A DNA stretch of 24,000 bases from Candidatus Calditenuis fumarioli (GTDB taxonomy: Archaea; Thermoproteota; Nitrososphaeria_A; Caldarchaeales; Calditenuaceae). Of this stretch, positions 1-9,600 are shown piece after piece. The notes under the pieces were generated by a model that saw only the letters and a list, made by a program, of their open reading frames with translations, was not told the origin of the DNA and did not search any database. Position numbers and translations under genes: made by a program. How positions within the stretch are numbered: position 1 is the first letter of the stretch; every line of letters begins with the position of its first letter. Where the stretch lies: the NCBI GenBank assembly GCA_030059665.1, contig JANVYR010000002.1, positions 480,617 to 504,616 on the forward strand, read 5' to 3'.

Positions 1-336
1 CCCCTCGACCTTCCTCCGCTGGCTGATGTCGAAGTTCTGGCAGTAGGCGCAGAGCCAGTTGCACCCGGTCGTTGCGATGCTGAAGATCTTCGCGCCCGGC
101 ATGAAGTGCGTGACCGGCTTCTTCTCGATCGGGTCGACGTGGCTCGCGATCACGCGGCCGTAGACGAAGAGGTAGAGCGTGCCGTTGACTACGCCCCTGA
201 TGCCGCAGAGTCCCACCTGGCCCTCGCCGATCTGGCAGTACCTCGCGCAGGCGGTGCACTTGACCCTGCCGCCCTTCGCCGGCGTCCAGAGCCGGGCCGG
301 AGCCCCCGGTACCTCCCTCTGCTCCGTCCAGGCCAT
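1..336 (-). CDS. Radical SAM enzyme, AmmeMemoRadiSam-system / PflA-like activase family (first 112 codons; gene continues past the window start)
   Basis: Absent from the ORF track because it is open at the window edge. My reverse-strand translation from the ATG at 334-336 gives [112 protein letters not shown]. It has the N-terminal CTACARYC cysteine cluster, DPIEKKP, and the canonical radical-SAM CNWLCAYC (CxxxCxxC). Confidence 0.85.
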   Translation of the reverse strand, partial: MAWTEQREVPGAPARLWTPAKGGRVKCTACARYCQIGEGQVGLCGIRGVVNGTLYLFVYGRVIASHVDPIEKKPVTHFMPGAKIFSIATTGCNWLCAYCQNFDISQRRKVEG

Positions 337-446
337 CCTCTATAACTGAGGAGTTCCTCCGAGGACATAAGGAATAACCCACAGTGCGCCGCGCGGTGCC
401 GAGGAGCCCCACCCGCATCGAAGCGGACCCCATCTTTCAGGAACAC

Positions 447-454
447 GTTATAAC
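447..454 (+). promoter_or_regulatory. TATA-box-like element upstream of the M50 protease gene
   Basis: GTTATAAC is centred about 30 nt upstream of the ATG at 481 in an otherwise GC-rich spacer. The spacing fits an archaeal TATA box giving a leaderless or very short-leader mRNA. Confidence 0.3.
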
Positions 455-480
455 GGGGCAGGCTTAGAGGACGGCGGAGG

Positions 481-1740
481 ATGAGCAGGTTCAGGGAGAA
501 CGTCGAGCTGAGGTTCCCGCTGATCATCATCAGGACCAGGAGGGCCGCGGCGCTCTTCGAGGCTCTGGGCAGGAGCAGGCTCGCGGGGGCCTTCGGGCTG
601 GGCTCGGCGATAGCGCTCCCGGTGCTGGCCGGCATAGCCACCTTCTTCCTGCTGACGTCGCTGACGCTGATCCTGACGCGGCCTGAGGTCCAGCAAGCCC
701 AGAGGGAGCTGGGGCCTGCGTCGTACGTGCTCCTTCCCGGAGTCAACCCGTACCTTCCGCTGCTCTACGGCTGGATCGGGATCGTGGTGGCTCTGGTGGT
801 CCACGAGGGAGCCCACGGTGTCCTCGCGAGGAGGTACAACTACACCGTCAAGTCGAGCGGCATCGTGCTCTTCCTCGGCATCCCGATAGGGGCCTTCGTC
901 GAGACAGACGAGAGCGAGATCAGGTCCGGAAGGTTCTCGGAGGTGGTGAAGATCCTCTCGTCGGGACCTGCGAGCAACGCCGCGGTCGCGGCCTTGGCGC
1001 TGATCGGGGTGCTGGTCATAAGCGCGGGGCTGGTGCCGTCGATCCCGATCGTCGTGGAGAGGGTGATGGAGGGATTCCCTGCGGCCTCGGCGGGCATCGA
1101 GCCGGGCGACAGGATAGTCTCCGTGAACGGAAACCCGGTCCTCTCGCTTCAGGACCTGAGGAGGGCCTTCGCCGCGGCTGGGGTGGGCACCGCGGTCAGG
1201 GTCGGCGTCGAGAGGGCAGGTAAGCTCCTGGAGTTCGACCTGAGGCTCGCGGACATCGGCAACGGCACCCCCGGAATTGGGGTCGCGATCAGGGACGCTG
1301 ACCTGCTCGCCTACTCCTCAACCGTCCTCGAGCGCTTCAGGTCCGTCGCCACCTCGAACCCCGTCGTCCTGCTTGTTCCGCCGACGCTGGACGTCTTCAC
1401 GTACCCCTTCTCCGAGCGGCAGATATGCGTGGTTAGGGAAAAGGGCGAGGACTGCAGGACCATCAGCTCCCTCTTCACGCACCCGGTCCTCGGAGGATCG
1501 TTCGTGGCCGTCTCGGCATTGCTGTACTGGATCTGGTTCGTGAACATCAACGTCGCGATCTTCAACGCCCTCCCGATCTACCCGCTCGACGGAGGGCAGG
1601 CGCTGAGGAAGCTCCTGACGTTTCTGGTGAAGGGAGCGGAGGGGCAGAGGATAGCGTCCGCGATCACGACGGGCGTCACCATTTTCTTCGTCTCGGTCAT
1701 CATCTCGATAATCCTCCTGCCGTACCTGAGCCTGAGATGA
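481..1740 (+). CDS. Site-2 protease (peptidase M50 family) with internal PDZ domain, polytopic membrane protein
   Basis: 419-aa ORF with the HExxH zinc motif (VVHEGAHGV) in a hydrophobic segment and the second M50 motif NALPIYPLDGG. It also has a PDZ-like stretch GFPAASAGIEPGDRIVSVNGNPVLSLQDL and several predicted TM helices. Confidence 0.9.
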   Translation: MSRFRENVELRFPLIIIRTRRAAALFEALGRSRLAGAFGLGSAIALPVLAGIATFFLLTSLTLILTRPEVQQAQRELGPASYVLLPGVNPYLPLLYGWIGIVVALVVHEGAHGVLARRYNYTVKSSGIVLFLGIPIGAFVETDESEIRSGRFSEVVKILSSGPASNAAVAALALIGVLVISAGLVPSIPIVVERVMEGFPAASAGIEPGDRIVSVNGNPVLSLQDLRRAFAAAGVGTAVRVGVERAGKLLEFDLRLADIGNGTPGIGVAIRDADLLAYSSTVLERFRSVATSNPVVLLVPPTLDVFTYPFSERQICVVREKGEDCRTISSLFTHPVLGGSFVAVSALLYWIWFVNINVAIFNALPIYPLDGGQALRKLLTFLVKGAEGQRIASAITTGVTIFFVSVIISIILLPYLSLR

Positions 1741-2477
1741 TCCGGGGCCCGAGGGGCCTTCTGGTCATCAGGGCCACGAACCTGAGGGGAGCGAGGGAAG
1801 CTGCGTTCAGGGTTTCCCTTCACGGACCGCAGGTGATCCTCCTGGACCTGCCGGAACCGGCCGAGGGCCCGGTGAACGAGTTCCTCAGGCACGGTGATCC
1901 AGAGATCCTCCTCCACCACCCATCGGAGCTCGTCAGGATCTCGATCAGGGCACACCTCAGGTTCCTCGAGGAACTGCACAATCTCGGTTACCGGGGAGAG
2001 GTGAGGTGCGTGGCTGACGAGGGCGAGGCCCTCCAGGAGCTCGAGCTGGGCTCGGAGGCCTCCCGGCTGACCCTGAGGTACCTGCTCACGGGAAGGGTGG
2101 ACGTTGAGATGTGGAGGGGATTGCTCAGAAACGCGCTCCGGGGGGAGAGCTGGAAACCCGCGGTGAACCTCCTCTACGCGTTGGAAGAGGTCGGTGAGTC
2201 TTGGGCTGCGGTCCTCGACATTAGGAGGCTGCGCGCGGTCAGGCCCATCTCCACGTCGGGTCTGGTTGACTTGGTCCTCTGCGGCCTACCGTTCTGCAGA
2301 TCGCCCCTCGAGGAGATGCTGAGGCTGGAGCGGATCGGGAGGCTCACGGACGAGAGGTTGAGGGCACTGGTGGCCGAGCAGGCGGAGTTCGTCCGGGTGG
2401 TTCAGACCTCACCCGACCTGGAGACCGCATACGAGCGATGGACCAACCGTTGCCTGGGAGCTTGGGCATGTGGATAA
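1737..2477 (+). CDS. Hypothetical protein (246 aa), translationally coupled to the M50 protease gene
   Basis: ATGA start/stop overlap at 1737-1740. AGG/GC3 codon usage matches neighbouring genes. No motif recognised; the overlapping minus-strand ORFs are R/P-rich and look spurious. Confidence 0.6.
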   Translation: MIRGPRGLLVIRATNLRGAREAAFRVSLHGPQVILLDLPEPAEGPVNEFLRHGDPEILLHHPSELVRISIRAHLRFLEELHNLGYRGEVRCVADEGEALQELELGSEASRLTLRYLLTGRVDVEMWRGLLRNALRGESWKPAVNLLYALEEVGESWAAVLDIRRLRAVRPISTSGLVDLVLCGLPFCRSPLEEMLRLERIGRLTDERLRALVAEQAEFVRVVQTSPDLETAYERWTNRCLGAWACG

Positions 2478-2480
2478 GGG

Positions 2481-2705
2481 TCACTTGTCTATGCCGAGGT
2501 TCCTCCTGAGCCTCTTCAGGCGCTCGAGGTGCTGCGCCACGAGCTCCTCCCGGTCCTCGGGCACAGGATAGCCGTGTCTCTTCAGGACCTCCAGCTTGAC
2601 CTCGACCCACTCCCTCGCCAGCTCCTCCATCTCGCGCTCGCTGAGCTCCGGTTCAAGCACCCTCGACGATATCCTCCTGAACCTCTCCTCCGGATCGCCG
2701 CTCAA
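2481..2705 (-). CDS. Small hypothetical protein (74 aa), charged/helical
   Basis: TTG start (2703-2705) overlaps the aspS TGA stop (2702-2704) as TTGA. Codon usage resembles the neighbours. Sequence MSGDPEERFRRISSRVLEPELSEREMEELAREWVEVKLEVLKRHGYPVPEDREELVAQHLERLKRLRRNLGIDK. No family recognised. Confidence 0.5.
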   Translation of the reverse strand: MSGDPEERFRRISSRVLEPELSEREMEELAREWVEVKLEVLKRHGYPVPEDREELVAQHLERLKRLRRNLGIDK

Positions 2706-4018
2706 GGGAGGAACCTCTCCGGCGTCCGGGGGAAGAGCACGGCCTCCCTGATGTTCTCGAGCTTGAGCAGGGCCATCGTGAGCCGCTCGATCCCGATGTT
2801 GAAGCCGCCGTGCGGAGGAGCTCCGTACCTGAAGAACTCGGTGAACCAGCTGACGCTCTCCAGACTCATCCCCTTCAGCCTCACCTGCTCGACGATCTTC
2901 TCGTAGCGGTGCTCCCTCTGGCCTCCCGAGCTCAGCTCAAGTCCCCTGTAGATCAGGTCCACGCTCCTGGCCCAGAACGGGTCCTCGTCGACCCGCATCA
3001 CGTAGAAGGGCTTGACGTTGAAGGGGAACCTGTTGATGAAGAAGGCCTCGGCTCCGTACTTCTCCCTCACGTAGTCCGCGAGCATCCTCTCAGCCTGCCG
3101 GTCCAGGTCCTCGCCGTAGGGGATCTCCTTGCCCATCTCCGAGAGGATCCTGTAGACCTCGGGGAACCTGACCTCGGGGAAGGGCCTCTTCGGGACCTCG
3201 ACCTCGGCCCCGAGCAGCTCCAGGTCCCTCGAGTTCTCCTCAAGGACCCTCTTGATCCCGGCCACCAACAACTCCTCTTCCAGCGCCATGACGTCCCTCT
3301 CGTCGGAGATGTACGAGAACTCGACCGCGCATCCCCTGTGCTCGCAGAGGTGCCTCGGCGTGTGGCTCGGCTCCGCCCTCCAGCTCGGCCCGAGGTCGTA
3401 GATCCGCTCGAAGCCCGCGACCATCAGGAGCTGCCGGTGGAGCTGCGGGTCCTGGCGGAGGTAGGCCTTCCTGCCGAAGTAGTCGATCTCGAACATCTCG
3501 GCTCCGCTCTCCGACGGCGCTCCGATTATGCACGGAGTGAAGACCTGGACGAACCCCTTCGAGTCGAGGTACTCGACCATCCCCTTCACCAGCGAGTGCT
3601 GTATCCTGAAGATGGCCTGGTTCCTCGGTGACCTCAGGTCGATCGGCCGGTAGTCGAGCCTCGTGTCGAGCTGGGTCTGGACGGTTCCGGTCACGTCGAT
3701 CGGCAACCTCTCCGCCCTCGAGAGGACCTCTATCGATCTCGGGATCAGCTCCATCCCTACCCTCGCGGCCCTTTTCTCCGGCACCCTCCCCGTCGCGGCG
3801 ATGACGTCGTGAGTGTTAAGCGACTTGGCCAGCTCGATCAGGGATTCGTCGACCTGACCCGCCTTCAGGGTCAGCTGGGCGACGCCCGTCCTGTCCCTGA
3901 CCCAGACGAAGACGAGCCTGCCCACCTCCTTGACGGTCTCGACGAAGCCCGCAATCCTCACCTCGGCCCCCGGCTCATCGGGTATCTCCGCGATCTGGTG
4001 GGTCCTGAGCAACCCCAT
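2702..4018 (-). CDS. aspS: Aspartyl-tRNA synthetase, archaeal type (class IIb)
   Basis: 438 aa with an N-terminal OB anticodon-binding region (VRIAGFVETVKEVGRLVFVWVRDRTGVAQL). Class II motifs FRIQHSLVKGMVEYLDSKGFVQVFTP, YLRQDPQLHRQLLM, SSGGQREHRYE and GAPPHGGFNIGIERLTMALL...REAVLFPR. Confidence 0.95.
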   Translation of the reverse strand: MGLLRTHQIAEIPDEPGAEVRIAGFVETVKEVGRLVFVWVRDRTGVAQLTLKAGQVDESLIELAKSLNTHDVIAATGRVPEKRAARVGMELIPRSIEVLSRAERLPIDVTGTVQTQLDTRLDYRPIDLRSPRNQAIFRIQHSLVKGMVEYLDSKGFVQVFTPCIIGAPSESGAEMFEIDYFGRKAYLRQDPQLHRQLLMVAGFERIYDLGPSWRAEPSHTPRHLCEHRGCAVEFSYISDERDVMALEEELLVAGIKRVLEENSRDLELLGAEVEVPKRPFPEVRFPEVYRILSEMGKEIPYGEDLDRQAERMLADYVREKYGAEAFFINRFPFNVKPFYVMRVDEDPFWARSVDLIYRGLELSSGGQREHRYEKIVEQVRLKGMSLESVSWFTEFFRYGAPPHGGFNIGIERLTMALLKLENIREAVLFPRTPERFLP

Positions 4019-4085
4019 CCACCTTTCTCCAAGTGACGAGCCTCACAGGAAAAAGTTTGAGCGACCGGGACTCCTCCGGGGACCG

Positions 4086-4889
4086 TTACGTTGCGGCCGG
4101 CCCTCCGACCACCTGTCCGAGCTCCTGAGCCGCCTCCTTAGGCGTCCATCCCTCGTGGACGATCCTCCGCAGCGCCCTTATCATGCCCACCGGGTTAGAG
4201 GACTGGAAGACGTTGCGGCCGAAGTCCACGCCCGCCGCTCCTGCCGAGACCGCCTCGTACGCCAGCTTCAGCGCGTCCATCTCCGATTCCATCTTCGGGC
4301 CTCCGGCGATCACCAGCGGCACCGGCGCAGCGTCCACGACCTTCTCGAACTCGGGCGTGTAGTACGTCTTGATGAAGTGGGCTCCCAGCTCAGCGGCGAC
4401 CCGGCACGCCAGCGCGATGTACTTCGTCTCCCTTTTCTCCAGCTCCCTGCCGACCGCCGTCACCGCGAGGACCGGGATGCCGTAGTCCTCTCCGAGGTCC
4501 ACCAGCTTCGCCAGAGCCTTCAGGGTCTGGTGCTCGTAGGGCGTTCCGACGTATATCGAGAAGGCGAGGGCCGCGGCGTTGAGCCTTATCGCGTCCCTGA
4601 CCGACGTCACTATGTCCTCGTTTCCCAGCGCCGGCCCAGCGATGGTGTTGCCTCCCGAGACCCTCAGCACGACGGCCACGTCCACCGTGGGGTCGACCGA
4701 GGTCCTCAGTACACCGCGGGTCAGCATTATCGCGTCGGCGTAAGGGAGCAGCGGGGTTATGGTCCTCCGCGGGTTCTCCAGGCCCCTGATCGGCCCGAGG
4801 AAGTAGCCGTGGTCGACGGCCAGCATCACGGTCCTCTTCGTCTCGGGCTTGATGATCCTCGAGAGCCTGTTCCTGAGGCCCCAGCTCAT
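4086..4889 (-). CDS. Class I aldolase of the DhnA/FbaB family (COG1830: fructose-bisphosphate aldolase class Ia or ADH synthase AroA'; not distinguishable here)
   Basis: 267 aa. KRTVMLAVDHGYFLGPIRGL, the Schiff-base lysine context GAHFIKTYYT, VIAGGPK and AAGVDFGRNVFQ match from memory the MJ0400/FbaB-type TIM-barrel aldolases. Confidence 0.85.
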   Translation of the reverse strand: MSWGLRNRLSRIIKPETKRTVMLAVDHGYFLGPIRGLENPRRTITPLLPYADAIMLTRGVLRTSVDPTVDVAVVLRVSGGNTIAGPALGNEDIVTSVRDAIRLNAAALAFSIYVGTPYEHQTLKALAKLVDLGEDYGIPVLAVTAVGRELEKRETKYIALACRVAAELGAHFIKTYYTPEFEKVVDAAPVPLVIAGGPKMESEMDALKLAYEAVSAGAAGVDFGRNVFQSSNPVGMIRALRRIVHEGWTPKEAAQELGQVVGGPAAT

Positions 4890-4913
4890 ACCTCCACATG
4901 CGGAACCCGGGTG

Positions 4914-4922
4914 AAAAATTTA
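4914..4922. promoter_or_regulatory. Shared A/T element (AAAAATTTA) between the divergent aldolase and ligase genes; candidate bidirectional TATA box
   Basis: This is the only A/T-rich run in the 62-nt divergent spacer. Its centre (4918) lies 29 nt from the aldolase ATG (4889, minus) and 34 nt from the in-frame GTG at 4952 of the ligase ORF. Confidence 0.35.
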
Positions 4923-4951
4923 GCGCCTGGACCGGCGGAGGGCATCGGGGA

Positions 4952-6553
4952 GTGGAGCGGAGGACCTTCGCGGAGTTCGTGGAGCTCTGCCAGCGCCTCG
5001 AGGCCACCGAGAGCAGGTCCGCTAAGGCGAGGATGGTGGCGGCCTTCATGTCCTCGCTCGGCCCGGAGGAGGCGAGGGCCTTCGCCTACATGCTCGTCGG
5101 CAGGAAGTCCGGGGAGAGGGGGAAGCCGATCAACGTCGGCTGGTCGACCGTGCAGAGGGCCCTCTCGATCGCTGAGGGGTCGGTCCCGCTCGACCTCTGG
5201 GGCAGGCGGCTCGGGCTGCTGGAGGTCTGGAGGGCCCTCGAGGAGCTGTCGGCACTGGAGGGTCCGGGATCGCAGGAGAAGAGGGTCAGGGCCCTCGCCT
5301 CGCTCTTCGTCAGGTGCACTCCGGAGGAGAGGGGGTGGCTGGTGAGGGTGCTGACGGGCGAGATGCGCCACGGCGTCAACCACGGGGTCTTCCTCGAGGC
5401 GGTGGCCGCGATGCTCAGACGCGACCTCGATGAGATCAGGTACGCCGACATGGTCTACTCCGACATCGGGAAGCTGGCGGAGCTCGCGGTCAGGAACGAG
5501 CTCGCAGCTCAGCAGGTGGAGCCCATGAGGCCGGTGCGGCCGATGCTCGCGGAGATGTGCGGGTCTCCGTCCGAGGCGCTCTCGGAGCACGGAGGTACGT
5601 CCTGCTTCGAGCCGAAGTACGACGGCATCAGGCTTCAGGTCCACGTCTCGGGAGGTGAGGTCCGGCTCTTCACCAGGCGGCTGAGGGACGTGACGCAGAA
5701 CCTGCCCGACGTCGTGGAGGCCGTCAGGAGGGAGATAAGGTGCAGGTCGGCCGTTCTGGACTCGGAGGCGATAGCCGTCGGCCACGACGGGAGGCCCATG
5801 CCCTTCCAAGAGACGGTCCGCCGGGTAGGCCGTGAGAGGGAGCTCGAGGAGGCGCTGAGGGAGCTGCCCCTGGCACTGAGGGTCTTCGACGTCCTCCACC
5901 TGGACGGGAAGGCTACGGTCCTGATGCCCTACCTCGATCGGAGGAGGTTGCTCGAGGAGTTTGTGCCGCCGGAGATGCTCGCGCCGGTGTCCCGGCTCTC
6001 GGACCCCAAGGAGGTGGAGGAGCTGATGCGGAGGAACGTCGAGACGGGGAACGAGGGTCTCGTCGCGAAGGACCCGAGGTCTCCCTACATTCCCGGAAGG
6101 AGAGGGAAGCACTGGCTGAAGCTGAAGGCGTCCGAGACGATGGACGTCGTGATCGTGGCCGCCGAGTGGGGTCACGGGAGGAGGTCCGGATGGCTGAGCA
6201 ACTACCACCTGGCCGTGTACGACGATGCGTCGGGGAGGTTCGTGATGGTCGGGAAGACGTTCAAGGGCCTTACGGACGCGGAGTTCGAGGAGATGACCAG
6301 GAAATTGCTCTCCATAGCCGTCGAGCGGCAACCGTGGGGCGTCGTCGTGAGACCGGAGGTGGTCGTCGAGGTGGCCTTCAACGAGGTCCAGCGAAGCCCG
6401 AGGTACGAGGGCGGATTGGCGCTCCGCTTCGCGAGGATAGTCCGGATCCGGGACGACAAGGCTCCGACAGAGGTCAACACGCTCGAGGACCTCAGGAGGG
6501 TTTTCCTCCGGCAGATGGAGAGGAGGGGAGCATCGGAGAGGTTCTCGCTCTGA
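4952..6553 (+). CDS. lig: ATP-dependent DNA ligase (archaeal/eukaryotic Lig1-type)
   Basis: Adenylation motif I in CFEPKYDGIRLQVH (KxDG). Further motifs SEAIAV, EGLVAKD and WLKLK, with an OB-fold C-terminus ending LRFARIVRIRDDK. The track ORF starts at ATG 4898, but that codon lies upstream of the only TATA-like element. GTG 4952 gives an N-terminus (V/M)ERRTFAEFVELCQRLEATESR typical of archaeal ligases. Confidence 0.93.
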   Translation: MERRTFAEFVELCQRLEATESRSAKARMVAAFMSSLGPEEARAFAYMLVGRKSGERGKPINVGWSTVQRALSIAEGSVPLDLWGRRLGLLEVWRALEELSALEGPGSQEKRVRALASLFVRCTPEERGWLVRVLTGEMRHGVNHGVFLEAVAAMLRRDLDEIRYADMVYSDIGKLAELAVRNELAAQQVEPMRPVRPMLAEMCGSPSEALSEHGGTSCFEPKYDGIRLQVHVSGGEVRLFTRRLRDVTQNLPDVVEAVRREIRCRSAVLDSEAIAVGHDGRPMPFQETVRRVGRERELEEALRELPLALRVFDVLHLDGKATVLMPYLDRRRLLEEFVPPEMLAPVSRLSDPKEVEELMRRNVETGNEGLVAKDPRSPYIPGRRGKHWLKLKASETMDVVIVAAEWGHGRRSGWLSNYHLAVYDDASGRFVMVGKTFKGLTDAEFEEMTRKLLSIAVERQPWGVVVRPEVVVEVAFNEVQRSPRYEGGLALRFARIVRIRDDKAPTEVNTLEDLRRVFLRQMERRGASERFSL

Positions 6554-6602
6554 CGGGCAACGACACTTTCCAGCTAACCACTTGGCTCAATCTCAAGGCG
6601 CG

Positions 6603-9600
6603 CTAATTCTTCGTTAATGCCCCATTAGCCACCGCCTCCCTGATGTGCATCAGGACGTCTTCAATCACGCCCTCGGGGTTGATCCACCACTCGCTCGACC
6701 AGATCCTGTATATCCTCCAACCCAATCTCTCGAGGTGTCTCTGCCTGATCCAGTCCCTCTCCCGAGCTGTCCTGTGACTGTGGTACAGCCTTCCGTCGCA
6801 CTCTATCCCCAAGATGAACCGGCCGTTATGCAAGACTCCTATGTCGATCCTGTACCTTCCCACCCCGACCTGAGGGACGAGTTCCACCTCTTTGTTCAAT
6901 CCCTCATTGGTCAGGGCCGCCTGCAGACGTTTGAAGACCTCCTCCTCAAAGGGCGAGTCGAAAGGCTCTATGTGTGGATGTGAAGCTCCTCCCCTTTCGG
7001 CGTACTCCAAAAAGTCCCTCAGGACCCTTACGCCACGCGGGTCGTTGTCGTTAACCCTGATCATGTCGTATTTCATTGACGAGACGACCCATAGCATCTT
7101 CCTGGCTCTGGATATCAGGACGTTGATGCGTCTCTCTCCGCCTTCATTATTGATCGGCCCGAACGTCTTGCGCACCACTCCTTCGACCGGTCCGTAGGTC
7201 ATGCTGATTATCACGAGGTCTGCCTCCCTTCCCTGCACCGTCTCCAAATTCCTGACCAGCAGCCTGCCGTCCTCTTCCATCTCATCGATCAGATCGGCGA
7301 CTTCCCTCTCGCGATAGGGTAATGGAACGGTCAGGTGCTTCGCGTACCTGAAGGCCCTGAGCCTTTCCCTGTCCATGGGGCCCCTCCGATCAGATTGGGA
7401 TTGTGCCTTGTAGTCCTCGATGAGACCCTTTATTGCGTCCTGCTGCCTCTCGTTCATCGCCACTATCAGGATGCTCTTGTATTCCTTCGATTTCACCGCC
7501 TCGATGAGCCGCCAAAGAACTACTGCTGCCTCGTTCGGATTTACACCGGTTTTCGATATGTAGTTGCCGTTTTCGACGAAGAAGAACCGCACCCTCCTGT
7601 CATTAGGATCTGCTGAGGGATACACCACCAGACGGTTGTCGTAAAAATAAGCGTTGGAGAACGCGATGAGCGATTCGTGCTCTCCTCTGTAGTACCACCT
7701 GAGCCACTCCTCGCCGAAGACCCTGAAACCTGAAGAGTTGGTGTTGAGACATGCCTCCAGCAGACCCTCGGGAGTTTCGATTTCCTCGCCCTCCTCGTCC
7801 TCCTGCTGCTCGATCCTTCTCGTGAAGTAGTCCGTGGGTGGCATCTGCTGCTCGTCGCCGACTACTATGACCTGACGGCCTCTCGCTATTGCGGGGAGTG
7901 CTCGCTCCGTTTGCACCTGTGACGCCTCGTCGAAGACCACCACGTCGAAGAGCTGACCCTTGAGACCCCTCAGCAGCGTGGATACCATAAGAGGAGTCAT
8001 GATCAGGACGGGTTTGACCAGCAGTATCTCGTTTAAGTGGTCACGCATGATGCGGACGAGGGGGCGCCTCCTTCTGATCTTGAGCTGGTGGGCTGCGAGT
8101 TCCCTTAGCCTCATTATTGGACCTTTGAATAGCCGCGGACCACCGGGCAACGTTCTAAGCCCTAAGTTCAGTCTGATGGTGTGGATGACCTTGCTCCTCA
8201 ACGCGAGCGCTGCCAGCGCCACACTTCGGCCTTCTCCTAAGCGCTGCCCATCTCCATGTGTGTAGAGGCCATCGTAGTAACCGATGAGCTTCTGCATCGC
8301 TCCCTTAGGGCCCTCACGCACCTCGCTCAGCAGGCTTACGAGTGCCCTCCTCAGCTTATTACCCGACCGCTCGTAAGCGACGATAGATTCCCAGACCTCC
8401 GTGAGCTCGTCGAACGAACCGAAATTCTCAAGCAGTCTGTCAACGAAGCGCGAAAATTCCCGGTCGGCGATAACCCCTGCCAAGTCTAGGAGACGCTGAA
8501 GCTGAATCCCGAAGCTATCGCTTTCAGCCAGATCTTCTAGCACTATGACTGTGCGGTCGAGCAGCTCGGGGAGTACCAAATCCTTCCGGACGGCTTCCGC
8601 GTCAATAAGCCACTGCAGAAATCCACGCAGATCGCCTAGTCTCTTAGCGAGGCCCTGCAGGTCCAGCTCGGTATCGAAGAACTGCTGGGCGTACGCGAGC
8701 AATTCGTCCTCACCATCTGGAGATGGTTCGAATCCTAAAGCTTCGAGAGCGCGCTCACGACCATCAAGCAGTCTCCGCAGAGCCCTTTCTAGTTCTATTG
8801 TTGGCATCTTGTCTACTGCATGTCCCAGGAGCTGCCTGAGCTCGTTCACAAGTTCCTCCCTTAGATTCGAGGCATACTCGAGTTCGGAGAGCGTTCTATC
8901 CCTCTGGTAGTAGAGCTGACGTTTGATCTCTTTACGAGCGGTATCCGGTTCTATGCCGTACCTCCTCAGCTCGTGGGCCCACTGAGCGAGATGCCTGTGT
9001 CCCAGTAAAATCGTCTTGATTCTCGAGATCAGCCCCCGGGGGAAGAGCCTCATCATCAACTCATCTATGTCTTTCACCTCTTGGCTGAGATGATCGATCT
9101 TTCCATCCAACTCGAGGATCTGACGTGTGAGCTCCAGAGCGCGCTGCAACTTTCGTATGCTCAGCTTCACTTTCAGACCGTCCGTCACAACGTTCAGCAG
9201 CTTCACGCATTCACCGACACTCCTTTGGCCTTGAAGCCAGTTTAACAACCTCATTGATGAGGCGAGGTAACTTATCGCAAGAGACAGCTCCTCAGCGCTA
9301 GGATTCTGCTCCAGCCCGAGCCTGCTTCGGAGCCAGGCGACCGTCTGAAACAATGCGGGATCTAGGGTTCTCTGGCCTGTCTCTTCCCTTAGCTCAAAGG
9401 CGCTGAGTATCGCAGCGGAGTACTTCTGTTCTTCGAACCATCTGCGTACCGTATCCCTACCATGCTCCGCGAGAAGCTGCCGTAAAACCTGAACCTTTTC
9501 ACGCTTCTCCAGTAGCGCCTTGCTAGCGATTGCGAGGTCGTGTCTCATCTCGTTGCCTGAGACCAGGGCCAGATACTCCGAGTAGCGACCGTAGACGTTC

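Noticed and set aside
4898-4951. N-terminal 18-codon extension of the DNA ligase ORF
   Set aside because: ATG 4898 lies upstream of the only TATA-like element and 8 nt from the divergent start codon. The extension (MRNPGEKFSAWTGGGHRG) has no counterpart in ligase N-termini as I know them. It is kept as an alternative only.
3930-6331. Very long alternative-frame/antisense ORFs (3930..5345 +, 471 aa; 4886..6331 -, 481 aa; 4390..5049 -)
   Set aside because: They are R/P/G-rich low-complexity translations lying entirely over the well-supported aldolase and DNA ligase genes. Stop-poor shadow frames of this kind are expected at this GC content.
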